From: a virus
Virus record (IMG/VR): IMGVR_UViG_3300037805_000525
Location: 32,001 to 96,000 of that record
Reading direction: 5' to 3' (one strand)
DNA: 64,000 nucleotides
Of the stretch, positions 1-8,671 are shown piece after piece (position 1 is the first letter of the stretch; every line of letters begins with the position of its first letter). A model generated the notes under the pieces. That model was not told the origin of the DNA and searched no databases. It saw only the letters and a program-made list of their open reading frames with translations. Position numbers and translations under genes: made by a program.

Positions 1-118
1 CACCTTGGACGGCTGATCCTGCTTGACGTGGTGTACAGCCCCCTGCTGGTGGAGAAGCACCTGCGTGCGCAGGCTGCCCGCAGGCAGAGCGCGCACCGCA
101 GTGTCTGGTGACTCACTG

Positions 119-472
119 ATGCGGTATGTCACCTGCTGCGTGGAGTCCACCGATGAGTTGATCAGCGACATGACCGCCTCGGAGACGGAGCTGACCTACG
201 CCGAGTTCTGCGCCCTTGCGGACGGCGTTGACGAGTGGGCGGCGGCGCACGGGTACGACACGGACTTCCCGATCACGGCCGACGAGCATGTCTCGTACCA
301 CAAGTCCACATACGGGGGAGCGCCGTGCGTGTACCTGCAGTGGTCCGGGATCGAATACATCTGGCTATGGCCTGAGCCAGGCACGGCAGAGGTGCCGCCG
401 GATGACTGGGGCTACGGAACAGTCCCGCACACGACGCGCTTCGGTGCCACTAATTTCCTCGGGGAGCGTTGA
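119..472 (+). CDS. conserved phage hypothetical protein
   Basis: ORF 23..472, ATG at 119 preferred; YVTCCVES...VSYHKSTYGGAPCVYLQWSGIEYIW resembles a recurrent small phage family. Confidence 0.7.
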   Translation: MRYVTCCVESTDELISDMTASETELTYAEFCALADGVDEWAAAHGYDTDFPITADEHVSYHKSTYGGAPCVYLQWSGIEYIWLWPEPGTAEVPPDDWGYGTVPHTTRFGATNFLGER

Positions 473-475
473 CCT

Positions 476-688
476 ATGGCATCGCGAGAAGAGTTGATGA
501 AGCTGTACACAGACAATGAGGCGGAGGCGACGCGGTTCAGCGACGCAGGGTACCCAGGGTGCTACGCCATGGGGTACGTACCCGGTGACACCCCCGGGCG
601 TATACGCAAGGCAACCGCCTACGAACTCGAGGAGATCGAGGTGGTGCGCAAGACCTTGCCGCCGCCTAAACTCACCATCGTAGATTAG
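476..688 (+). CDS. hypothetical protein
   Basis: ORF directly after previous gene, followed by hairpin terminator. Confidence 0.7.
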   Translation: MASREELMKLYTDNEAEATRFSDAGYPGCYAMGYVPGDTPGRIRKATAYELEEIEVVRKTLPPPKLTIVD

Positions 689-708
689 GCGCTGGCGCGC
701 CTACGGTC

Positions 709-733
709 CAAGGGCTCGCGCCCTTGTTCTTAC
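709..733 (+). terminator. intrinsic terminator
   Basis: caagggc-tcgc-gcccttg followed by ttcttac. Confidence 0.65.
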
Positions 734-744
734 CCGTCACTCGA

Positions 745-761
745 TTATCACACTGTGATAA
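745..761. promoter_or_regulatory. 17-bp palindrome site 1
   Basis: TTATCACA-C-TGTGATAA, intergenic. Confidence 0.9.
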
Positions 762-764
762 GCG

Positions 765-791
765 CTAACTCCTCGCACTATCTGGCATAAG
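765..791 (+). promoter_or_regulatory. putative phage promoter
   Basis: ctaa-N15-GGCATAAG. Confidence 0.65.
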
Positions 792-827
792 TATTTTAGA
801 GGCTACACACAACGTTTAGGGGGCTAC

Positions 828-1124
828 ATGCCAGGTGTGCGAAAATACGAAGTTCTTCGGCTGCTCGCCCAAAATGGTATCTGGGTGCTGGGCACGGAGA
901 AAATCGCTGACCGTGTCGAGCTACATGCTGCGTGGAATCATGCAGGCGCGGCGGCGCAGTACGTCAAGCACAACCACGCGACTGCTACGCGTTCTGGGCG
1001 TATCATCGGCATGTGCGAGTCGTTCGCCGTTCGCGCACCAGACGACAAGCGCTGGGTCCCGGTGGCGGTGCACATCGACTACGCCCCGCGCATCGTCGCC
1101 AAGCGTATGACGCGGCCCATGTAA
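828..1124 (+). CDS. hypothetical protein
   Basis: ORF with RBS aggggg downstream of promoter motif. Confidence 0.7.
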   Translation: MPGVRKYEVLRLLAQNGIWVLGTEKIADRVELHAAWNHAGAAAQYVKHNHATATRSGRIIGMCESFAVRAPDDKRWVPVAVHIDYAPRIVAKRMTRPM

Positions 1125-1266
1125 GAGATACGACGCATCGGAGAGTTGGCCCAGCACGAGCCACACATGGTGCCTCGCAGTAATAATTGGGAAGGGTGAA
1201 CATGTTCGTTCTGAAGGTTCTCCCGCCGAAATCAAGCAGCGCAATGCAGCGCGAAAGGTCGCTATC

Positions 1267-1473
1267 GTGTGTGAGCCTAAGCAACTGACTGATCTGGACT
1301 GGAAGCGTTTGAAAGAGTGTTACAGCGAGGCAATCTTCGAGTGTGCAAAGGATGGTCGGGAATATGAGGGTGAAGGGGTCATGACGTCCCTCGGTTATGT
1401 CGATCTTTGGCCTGACGGCGATGTCACGGCATTTGGTGCAGTGGTGGGATCGGCGAAAGCGCAACAAACGTGA
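1267..1473 (+). CDS. hypothetical protein (start uncertain)
   Basis: frame open from 1111; GTGA overlap with next gene. Confidence 0.5.
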   Translation: MCEPKQLTDLDWKRLKECYSEAIFECAKDGREYEGEGVMTSLGYVDLWPDGDVTAFGAVVGSAKAQQT

Positions 1474-1739
1474 AGGTGGTTCGTGACAGAAGCGTGCTGT
1501 GCAATTCACAGCACCCGAATGGTAAACCTATCCTCGCCGAGCCCGGCACATTCGTTGTCGCCCTGGCAGTCGAGGCGGAAGACCTCCTCATGGGTCGCAG
1601 CTTCGCAACCGAAGCCGAAGCTGCTGACTGCGTAAAGGCGCTGCGCGTTGGCTGGCCTGACGCCGACATTGGCATCATCACCCCAGAGAAGTGGAACGCC
1701 GCCTTCGTCGACACGCCCCAGTCGGAGATGGGTGGGTGA
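1470..1739 (+). CDS. hypothetical protein, 'WN-domain' paralog
   Basis: PGTFVV...RSF...TPEKWN pattern shared with 1761, 2392 and 7124. Confidence 0.7.
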   Translation: MKVVRDRSVLCNSQHPNGKPILAEPGTFVVALAVEAEDLLMGRSFATEAEAADCVKALRVGWPDADIGIITPEKWNAAFVDTPQSEMGG

Positions 1740-1760
1740 CATGTCACAGAAACGACCACG

Positions 1761-2048
1761 GTGGTGCAGAACGTAACTGCTCGCCGCGTTATGAGTATCC
1801 CAGCGGAGGCCGGGGAGTACGTGGTCGTGCAGTCGGTTGACACGGACATAGGGGACGGCGTCTCTGTACGCGCGCGCAGCTTCGCGAGCGCCGAGGACGC
1901 GACCACCCACCAGAAAGCCCTCGTGGCAAGTGGTGACCTCGAGGCGATCACACTGACAGCCAAAGAGTGGAATGCGCAGATGGTGGACCACCGAAGGCTG
2001 ACCAGCGAAGAGTGGGATTCCGAGCTTGGGACGGGTGAACACGGATGA
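1761..2048 (+). CDS. hypothetical protein, 'WN-domain' paralog
   Basis: AGEYVV...RSF...TAKEWN. Confidence 0.7.
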   Translation: MVQNVTARRVMSIPAEAGEYVVVQSVDTDIGDGVSVRARSFASAEDATTHQKALVASGDLEAITLTAKEWNAQMVDHRRLTSEEWDSELGTGEHG

Positions 2049-2527
2049 TTAGGGACATGAAGATGAGTAACACACACCGTGCCGTCGCTGTGGCGGTAGG
2101 GCTGATGCTCACCGCAACGATCGTCTACTGGGATGGTACTACTGGTGTCGCGGGCGACACGTACCGCCTCCGGCACGTCGTGAAGCGCGCTACGACGATG
2201 GTCACCACAGATGACACCGTGGTCAAATCTATGCAGTGCGTCTACATCGACGACCAAGCTGTGGACGCGCAATGCCTTGCGACGCTCGTCGGCCGTGCGG
2301 GGAACACCTCCGTGCGCATCACGTGCAGTCACGGCGAGTTTGAAGTTGCGTGCTGGGTGGCTGACGCCGATCCAGCCGCTGATGGGGGGACATGGTGGGG
2401 CAGATACGTAGTACCGTCCTCGCACTCGCCGCAGACGCGGCCTTCGAAGAGGACCCGTCACGCAGAAGCGCGATACTTGCGCTGGTGGAGAAGGAAAACT
2501 TTATCCGTTACCTGCGCGGACACGTGA
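2045..2527 (+). CDS. hypothetical protein with N-terminal hydrophobic segment
   Basis: ATGA overlap; AVAVAVGLMLTATIVYW; 3' end overlaps next ORF. Confidence 0.55.
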   Translation: MIRDMKMSNTHRAVAVAVGLMLTATIVYWDGTTGVAGDTYRLRHVVKRATTMVTTDDTVVKSMQCVYIDDQAVDAQCLATLVGRAGNTSVRITCSHGEFEVACWVADADPAADGGTWWGRYVVPSSHSPQTRPSKRTRHAEARYLRWWRRKTLSVTCADT

Positions 2528-3066
2528 GCCTGGGCCGCGCAATACTGAGCATGGGCGACGCGCGGTGCGCAATCATGAAAGAGCTGTACAGGCGTCGTGC
2601 CGAGCTCACGGACGCCGAGCTACCTGTCACGCCGTACACGCTCATCACAGTGCGCGAACTCGGTGAGCACGGCATGTACGCAGTGGCTATGGATGGCTCC
2701 ATCACGGATTTCCCCGTAGAAGACGCTATCGTGCACACAGGGTCGACACCCAGGACGGGACGACGCTGGTGGGAGTTCTGGAAGCGTGACGTGGTGCTCG
2801 TTGTGTGGAACGGGTGGCCGGATCGTGTGGTTGCAAACGTGAAACCACTGCGTGCGATCACGTCCGCTGGCCGCCCACTGCCCGTGTCGGAGGGTCGCTA
2901 CGTTGCGGTGTTCGATCAGGATGACGGTCGACGCGCGTACTCATTCCCGCTGCGCTCGGTAGCTGCGGCGTTCGTGGTCCGACAGGCCGAGAAGCATGGC
3001 AATTTCAACAAAGCGAATGTGCTGACCGCCGAGGGGTGGAACAGCAAGGAAGGATTGCGCAGGTGA
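2392..3066 (+). CDS. hypothetical protein with C-terminal 'WN-domain'
   Basis: EGRYVAV...YSF...TAEGWN. Confidence 0.7.
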   Translation: MVGQIRSTVLALAADAAFEEDPSRRSAILALVEKENFIRYLRGHVSLGRAILSMGDARCAIMKELYRRRAELTDAELPVTPYTLITVRELGEHGMYAVAMDGSITDFPVEDAIVHTGSTPRTGRRWWEFWKRDVVLVVWNGWPDRVVANVKPLRAITSAGRPLPVSEGRYVAVFDQDDGRRAYSFPLRSVAAAFVVRQAEKHGNFNKANVLTAEGWNSKEGLRR

Positions 3067-3512
3067 GTTACCCCAAGATGCCCGAGCCCGAGCCACACAG
3101 TAGTCCGCGTGTGCGTGCGGCGCACAACATGCTGGAGCGGGCTAAGAACGTCCTCTCGGTAGCGGAGGCTGCAGATGAACTACACGTGCAACTGCAGGAC
3201 GCCCTGGACCGGTCAGTGGCTGACTTCATCTCAAAGATCGACCGCACGAAGCTGGCGTGGCTGCGGCTGAAGTACGACGGGTTGTACTCGGTCTACGCGG
3301 CAACGAGCACGTCGTCGGACGAGTACATGCGCCGCAAGGATCGTACCGACCGCGCGGAATACGTTTACCGTCGTGAGCAGATGCGTATTGACGAACTTGG
3401 GCACCGGGCACGCGCTATGCGCGTGCAGCACACGTCTGGGACGTTGGCCGCGCGTGACGCGCTTCACCACGCACAGGAGTCTTACGCCGAGGCCTTGGAG
3501 GCTGCCATATGA
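3063..3512 (+). CDS. helical hypothetical protein, paralog of 5861..6355
   Basis: GTGA overlap start; SP..R.A / ID / VY.RE / RA.RV shared. Confidence 0.7.
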   Translation: MSYPKMPEPEPHSSPRVRAAHNMLERAKNVLSVAEAADELHVQLQDALDRSVADFISKIDRTKLAWLRLKYDGLYSVYAATSTSSDEYMRRKDRTDRAEYVYRREQMRIDELGHRARAMRVQHTSGTLAARDALHHAQESYAEALEAAI

Positions 3513-3946
3513 CGTACGTGGACGAGGCAATCGAAATCGCGTGCCAGCGCTGGCCGTGGCAAAAGGAGATCTTCCAAGCACTCCGTCACCGTACGTCTGC
3601 GGCTGCTTGGCTTCTGTGCTTCAACGACCTGGACCGCGCGCACCACGACTTGCTGGTCGCACAGGAGCGCCTGCGCGCTGCGTTGGCGGTCGTGTTCCCG
3701 TGCGCCCCCGTATACTCGCGGGCGATCATGCCCATCTACGCTGTGCGTAGGCAGGCGGGCCTACGAATGGTGTGGGGTGCAGACAAGCTGCGGGACGCGT
3801 TCAGCAGTGTAGACGACGCGACGGACCGACTGGACGTACTCCGGCGCGGCCGGGCAGATACGTGGTTCACGCAGTCTGCGGTGGCGTTTACGTGGAGTGG
3901 CTGGCCTGTGCTGGCGCTCCAGGAGATGCCAGATGACGCGCCTTGA
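3509..3946 (+). CDS. hypothetical protein
   Basis: ATGA overlap, RBS ggagg. Confidence 0.7.
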   Translation: MTYVDEAIEIACQRWPWQKEIFQALRHRTSAAAWLLCFNDLDRAHHDLLVAQERLRAALAVVFPCAPVYSRAIMPIYAVRRQAGLRMVWGADKLRDAFSSVDDATDRLDVLRRGRADTWFTQSAVAFTWSGWPVLALQEMPDDAP

Positions 3947-3972
3947 GTATCCGTAGGCGGTGAGCCGCCAAA

Positions 3973-3989
3973 TTATCACACTGTGATAA
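3973..3989. promoter_or_regulatory. 17-bp palindrome site 2
   Basis: TTATCACA-C-TGTGATAA, intergenic. Confidence 0.9.
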
Positions 3990-3993
3990 TCCG

Positions 3994-4020
3994 CAACATC
4001 GGGCACTACGCGGGCATAAG
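3994..4020 (+). promoter_or_regulatory. putative phage promoter
   Basis: caac-N15-GGCATAAG. Confidence 0.7.
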
Positions 4021-4117
4021 AGTTATAGCTGCCGAGAAGATGACGCGAATGCCGAGGTGGTACGCGGAATGCGGCGGCTTGGCCTGGACACACCTTACGA
4101 GGATACGGAGAGCTGAG

Positions 4118-4678
4118 ATGTCACACGAAATGGAACTCACACAGGCGGACGCGGAAACCTTGCAGCGCTGCAAGGTTGTCGTTGAGTGGTTTACCGGGGA
4201 CGGTATCGTTGCCATCGGTGAGTACGAAAAGCTCGACTTAGCTGGGAAGCGGCGCGTGCTTGGCACGCTTGGGTTCACGCGAACGGGGTTTACGGCGGTT
4301 CCTGCGCTCGTCCCAGGCGACCATCGGAATATCGACACCGTTGTGGACCTCATCCACAATGCTGCGGCGTGGGGGGCCGCACGCCGCGGGCGGGAGCTAG
4401 CGAGCGACGAGGAGGCGCGTCGGAGTTCCCTCGAGCAGCTCCGCGCAAAAGACGACCTCAAACACGTGGAGCCGTGTGCCCGCGTCGACTACGTGCACAC
4501 CCGTTGGCTGGATGGGCCGAAGATGTCCGCAGCGCGTCTGTTCCGCATGCTGAGCTCCGAGCGGCAGACTGAGTTCTGTGACTTGATTGGGAATCCGCGT
4601 TTGTGCGCAGAGCTCCTCCGCCTTGTGGTCGCCACCATCGACGAGGACCACCGTGCCCTCATCGCGCCCGTGCCCTGA
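4118..4678 (+). CDS. hypothetical protein
   Basis: ATG at 4118 with RBS ggagag; single-gene unit between promoter and terminator. Confidence 0.7.
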   Translation: MSHEMELTQADAETLQRCKVVVEWFTGDGIVAIGEYEKLDLAGKRRVLGTLGFTRTGFTAVPALVPGDHRNIDTVVDLIHNAAAWGAARRGRELASDEEARRSSLEQLRAKDDLKHVEPCARVDYVHTRWLDGPKMSAARLFRMLSSERQTEFCDLIGNPRLCAELLRLVVATIDEDHRALIAPVP

Positions 4679-4718
4679 AGGTCGTACGATTGCCTGCGGG
4701 TCAATACGCAGGTAGTCG

Positions 4719-4764
4719 GTGGCGTCCCGGATTCGTAGCGTTGCCGGGACGCCACATTTTTAGC
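4719..4764 (+). terminator. intrinsic terminator
   Basis: gtggcgtcccgg...ccgggacgccac followed by atttttagc. Confidence 0.7.
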
Positions 4765-4772
4765 CGTTACCG

Positions 4773-4799
4773 CAAACACCTACCGACACATGGCATAAG
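4773..4799 (+). promoter_or_regulatory. putative phage promoter
   Basis: caaa-N15-GGCATAAG. Confidence 0.75.
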
Positions 4800-4845
4800 A
4801 CCTATGTAGGTGTGCATTCCGTACACCCGCATCTAGGAGGATGCA

Positions 4846-5349
4846 ATGAATATCATCGTTAAGCATGTCTGCCATGTGCGCGACGAGTGCGACTGCGAAG
4901 GTCCGACCACCGACGTGGTGGTCGTGTTGTCCGTGCAGGATATCGAGGTCACTAAGGCGGCGTTCGCCGACGCGCCGTGCGCCATCCACGGAGCGGGTAC
5001 GGTGGCCATCCTTGAAGAGGTTGGCGCGCCGCTTCGCGATCAAGTGAGTCGCGCGGAGATGTTTGCGACTGAACTGGGCGTGTTCCAGTCGCGGGAGACG
5101 GGGCGCGCCTACGGTCGCGTCGCAATCACGTACCCGGGTGCACACCGGGAGTTTGTGATCGGCGCGCTCGTCGCTATCAACCCGGACGGGGGATACGGCC
5201 AGGCTACGGCACTGTGCAGGCGTGCGCGACTGTTCGATTTCCCTGACGTGTTCGAGGGTGAACTCATTGAGTGTGCGCACGCCGCAGGACTTCTACGTGC
5301 TGCAGGCGCCACCACCGTCATCTACCAGACGCACGTGGTGGAAAAGTGA
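4846..5349 (+). CDS. hypothetical protein
   Basis: strong RBS aggagg. Confidence 0.8.
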   Translation: MNIIVKHVCHVRDECDCEGPTTDVVVVLSVQDIEVTKAAFADAPCAIHGAGTVAILEEVGAPLRDQVSRAEMFATELGVFQSRETGRAYGRVAITYPGAHREFVIGALVAINPDGGYGQATALCRRARLFDFPDVFEGELIECAHAAGLLRAAGATTVIYQTHVVEK

Positions 5350-5864
5350 GTCGCGTCATAAACAGCTGGGTGTCGGGTGGGGCCAAGTGGTTCGCAATCT
5401 GGGACACGTCTTCGGACCGTCCGGTGACGCCTGCGTACACGAAGTCCGAGATGAGTGCTTACCTGCACATGCTCGGACCGTACGAGCCCGAGTACAGCCA
5501 CGCACACCCGGCCAACAGGATAGCGCGCGCGGCCGATCACGGTTCGTCGTCGCTCGTGTCCCGCAGGTGCGATATGCGTAAGAAGCACAAGGCCCTCGCG
5601 TTGGAATACCGGACGGCGCGTAGACAGCCTGCGAGCCTCAACGGCGAGATCGTTACCATCCGTCAGTTCGCTGAGGCATGGCACGACTCGTTGGTGGGCG
5701 TGACCAACGTGCTACTCGAGGAGACGCTCCTGGAGGATAGCGCCGTAGGACGGGGGCTGTACCGCAAGTCGTGCGAGTACCTGGCGTTTCACGAAGGGTC
5801 TCCGTCGCCGGTGTGGTGGCGTACGTTCTTCGGCCCACTTGACCAAATACAGGAGAAGAGATGA
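5346..5864 (+). CDS. hypothetical protein
   Basis: GTGA overlap start. Confidence 0.7.
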   Translation: MSRVINSWVSGGAKWFAIWDTSSDRPVTPAYTKSEMSAYLHMLGPYEPEYSHAHPANRIARAADHGSSSLVSRRCDMRKKHKALALEYRTARRQPASLNGEIVTIRQFAEAWHDSLVGVTNVLLEETLLEDSAVGRGLYRKSCEYLAFHEGSPSPVWWRTFFGPLDQIQEKR

Positions 5865-6355
5865 CTACGAAAGACCCGAAGTGCGGGCTCAGCCCCGAAG
5901 CGCGTACTGCAAGCCGGGCACACATCGTCGCCGTACAGGATGTGCGCATTGCGCGATCCGTCGAGAACCTCGTGAACGACGCAGATGCGCTCGTAGAGCG
6001 CTTGATCGATGAGTCTGTCCGCGCCATCGACACGTCCGTACTCCGTGCGCGGCACGCGGCCTGGAAGGACGCGCTGGCTGACCTCGTGAAGTTCACGGAT
6101 TCAACGCCGGGCTCGCCGTCCAGCATTGACTATGATTTTGCGAAGGCGCAGGAGCTCAGCGCTGAGGCCCGTTTCGCGTATGGCGTCTACATTCGTGAGC
6201 GGTACCACGTACAACGCCAGGCGGAAGCCATACGCGCCATTCGAGTGATTCCTGGGTCCATGAGTGTCGGTGCGGCGGAGTACGCCGCAGAAGCGACCAA
6301 GGCCGACTTCGCTCTCGCAAAGAAGGCATACCCGCGCACAAACGTCAATGCGTAG
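5861..6355 (+). CDS. helical hypothetical protein, paralog of 3063..3512
   Basis: RBS aggag, ATGA overlap. Confidence 0.75.
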   Translation: MTTKDPKCGLSPEARTASRAHIVAVQDVRIARSVENLVNDADALVERLIDESVRAIDTSVLRARHAAWKDALADLVKFTDSTPGSPSSIDYDFAKAQELSAEARFAYGVYIRERYHVQRQAEAIRAIRVIPGSMSVGAAEYAAEATKADFALAKKAYPRTNVNA

Positions 6356-6602
6356 CGGGTGGGGCTGCGTGGCGAAGCCTGAGGAGCTTGAGACGTACCT
6401 TGAGCGCGACATCGTGAAGGACCCATACTCCGGCAGTATCTACATCGCCGACAAGGGGCACTCATACGGCTCGTTCGCCAACGTGGCGCACTGCAAGGCG
6501 TTCATCGACTGGATGGAGAAGCCTGATCGGAGTGTGCACGAATGGGCCGAGACCGAGAAGCAATTCCTTACAAAAAAAGGAGGCCAAGATGACCGAAGTT
6601 AA
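6348..6602 (+). CDS. hypothetical protein
   Basis: fills gap in operon, ATG at 6348. Confidence 0.65.
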   Translation: MRSGWGCVAKPEELETYLERDIVKDPYSGSIYIADKGHSYGSFANVAHCKAFIDWMEKPDRSVHEWAETEKQFLTKKGGQDDRS

Positions 6603-6915
6603 GGAGCCGACGCTGCGTCGGCGGTACGAAAAGTGCAAGCGGTTGATCGATGCGGTGCGCTGGGGGTCGACCATTGCGGCGCTCTGCGTGCTCGGCGGGA
6701 TGTACGCAGCTGATAGTGGCTGGCGCGACATCCTCATCGTTGGGTTTGCACTTGGCATCGTGGAGCTGATGATTCGCGCGGCGTTGTGGCGGAAGCTCGC
6801 CAAGGAGCTGCTCGACAACGCGGTCTCGCTAGAGGACGTGCAGGCCGCGGCACGCCTCCTGACGGTGGAGCTCGTCAACGGCTCACATGGCATTGGGGTG
6901 CTGAAACCAGACTAG
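6589..6915 (+). CDS. small membrane protein (2 TM)
   Basis: RBS ggagg; two hydrophobic segments. Confidence 0.7.
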   Translation: MTEVKEPTLRRRYEKCKRLIDAVRWGSTIAALCVLGGMYAADSGWRDILIVGFALGIVELMIRAALWRKLAKELLDNAVSLEDVQAAARLLTVELVNGSHGIGVLKPD

Positions 6916-6973
6916 CTGGCCACACGGATAGCGGTTGCACTCGAGAGGCCTTCGGGTCGATGCAGCCGCGGGT

Positions 6974-7006
6974 ACAGGAGGGGGATTCGCCTCTTCTGTT
7001 CTTAGC
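6974..7006 (+). terminator. intrinsic terminator
   Basis: acaggaggg...cctcttctgt followed by tcttagc. Confidence 0.55.
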
Positions 7007-7048
7007 TGCGGCTGCCCTTTTCTTAGCCACAACCGACCCCAAATAGCG

Positions 7049-7076
7049 CAAAACGGGCCCCACCTATTGGCATAAG
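7049..7076 (+). promoter_or_regulatory. putative phage promoter
   Basis: caaaa-N15-GGCATAAG. Confidence 0.75.
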
Positions 7077-7123
7077 AACTATGTAGCGGAGGCACTTCGC
7101 ACCCACAAAGACGTAAGGAGTCT

Positions 7124-7591
7124 ATGAGCACCCGAAGAGAAGTTCTCCACGGGGACACGCTGAACCTTGTAAAAGCCGGCGCCTGCTTGTTCGCCCCCGA
7201 CGCATCGGAAGTTGTGGTCGCGGCCCTGTACGAGGACGGGACAATCGTGGCGTGTGGGTGCGCAAAGCGCGAGCGCGGTGTTGAAATCCAAGCTCTGTGG
7301 GCCGAGGCGTACCCAGACGCAGAAGTCGTACTATCCCGCGCAGAGGTGTGGAATGGCGGCATTGAGATCGCAGAGATCAAGCACTGCCTTGGCGACTCAG
7401 TTAAGACCGGCGCTCCATTGGTCGGACCAGGGATGTTCGTACTGATCGTGCACGCGACGCGGTGGCGCGTCGGATTCATAAGCACCTTCGGAAGCCGGTG
7501 TGCCGTAGACGCGCTGCATGCCCAGTTGGAGGCGTTGCCGTTCTACGTCAACGTTGATGTCTTCAGCGCCGAGGATTGGAACGCGGCGTAA
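7124..7591 (+). CDS. hypothetical protein with C-terminal 'WN-domain'
   Basis: RBS aaggag; PGMFVL...STF...SAEDWN. Confidence 0.75.
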   Translation: MSTRREVLHGDTLNLVKAGACLFAPDASEVVVAALYEDGTIVACGCAKRERGVEIQALWAEAYPDAEVVLSRAEVWNGGIEIAEIKHCLGDSVKTGAPLVGPGMFVLIVHATRWRVGFISTFGSRCAVDALHAQLEALPFYVNVDVFSAEDWNAA

Positions 7592-7607
7592 CCCACGTGG
7601 AGGACGC

Positions 7608-7796
7608 ATGCTCATCATCATTGCGCTCGTTGGCGGCGCTATGCACGCCATGACCGGCCCCGGGTTCCTGAACGGCGTTGCTGAGGTCGTACTGACCCTG
7701 GGAGCGTTTCAGGCCGCAATTGACGCGGGTACCCAGGCACACATCTTTAACAAGTATCTCAACGACAAGGAGGCAACATGTTCGAGAAGCCAGTGA
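7608..7796 (+). CDS. small membrane protein
   Basis: RBS ggagg; MLIIIALVGG hydrophobic N-terminus. Confidence 0.6.
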   Translation: MLIIIALVGGAMHAMTGPGFLNGVAEVVLTLGAFQAAIDAGTQAHIFNKYLNDKEATCSRSQ

Positions 7797-7999
7797 TTGA
7801 CCCAAGCCGGCACGCGGAAGGCAAAAACCCGATGACTGTCGAGGAGCAGGAGAATTTCGTAGACGACGCGTCCACTGCCTACCACGCGTACGGCGCGCAC
7901 ACATCTGACTGCCAGGCGTTTCAGAGCCATTACGGCCGGCGGTGCGACTGCGAGAAGGCTGGGTACGCAGCCCTGCGCCTCGCCGGCTACCCGGGGTAG
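7778..7999 (+). CDS. small His/Cys (possible Zn-binding) protein
   Basis: RBS aggagg; H..DC...RCDC. Confidence 0.7.
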   Translation: MFEKPVIDPSRHAEGKNPMTVEEQENFVDDASTAYHAYGAHTSDCQAFQSHYGRRCDCEKAGYAALRLAGYPG

Positions 8000-8003
8000 C
8001 CGG

Positions 8004-8588
8004 GTGCCAATCGAAGACTACAGCGAGGAAGTGCAGGAAGCACTCTCGAAGATCCATGCGGACGCACGCAACGTCCTCGTTCTTGCGATGGACCTTGGGT
8101 TGCAGCGTGGCATCAGCCTTGAATATTTGGAGCGGGGGGCCATTAATATGGCAAACACGTGCATCGTAGCGGAGCCGTGGTCGGAGCCCGAACTGAATGC
8201 CTACTGTGGGGTTGGCGCAGTGCCTTCACGAGGCCGCATCGCCGGCGAAACACGACGCCTGAACGCGCTGCACGACGAAGCGCACCGTGAAATCGCAAAT
8301 GCCGCACAGTCGCACGCCGAGTACATCGCGCAACTACGCCGCACACTATGGGCAACGAAAGGGAACAGTGTGCAGGTGCTCGCGCGTGAACGCGGCGTCT
8401 CTGGGCTCGGCCCTAAGTGGAAGATCATCGCGCGACTTTGTGCAGGGGCACCATTTGAGATGACTCTGCGTCGAGAAAGGTACCGCGTCACCACCGATGT
8501 AGGTGACCCGCCGAAGTGGGCGGTGCCGTACGTGGGCGATGTCCCCGCCGATGCGTGCGGCGCTCAGCCGTACGGCCGTGGACGATGA
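8004..8588 (+). CDS. hypothetical protein
   Basis: ORF ending before terminator. Confidence 0.7.
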   Translation: MPIEDYSEEVQEALSKIHADARNVLVLAMDLGLQRGISLEYLERGAINMANTCIVAEPWSEPELNAYCGVGAVPSRGRIAGETRRLNALHDEAHREIANAAQSHAEYIAQLRRTLWATKGNSVQVLARERGVSGLGPKWKIIARLCAGAPFEMTLRRERYRVTTDVGDPPKWAVPYVGDVPADACGAQPYGRGR

Positions 8589-8630
8589 CATGGCGTGGTT
8601 GATGAGCTACTCGGACGAGTAGCCGTGGAG

Positions 8631-8660
8631 GGAGGCGCCGAGGCGCCTCCTATTCTTAGC
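8631..8660 (+). terminator. terminator between convergent genes
   Basis: ggaggcgcc-ga-ggcgcctcc followed by tattcttagc. Confidence 0.7.
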
Positions 8661-8671
8661 TAGCGGCGGGG

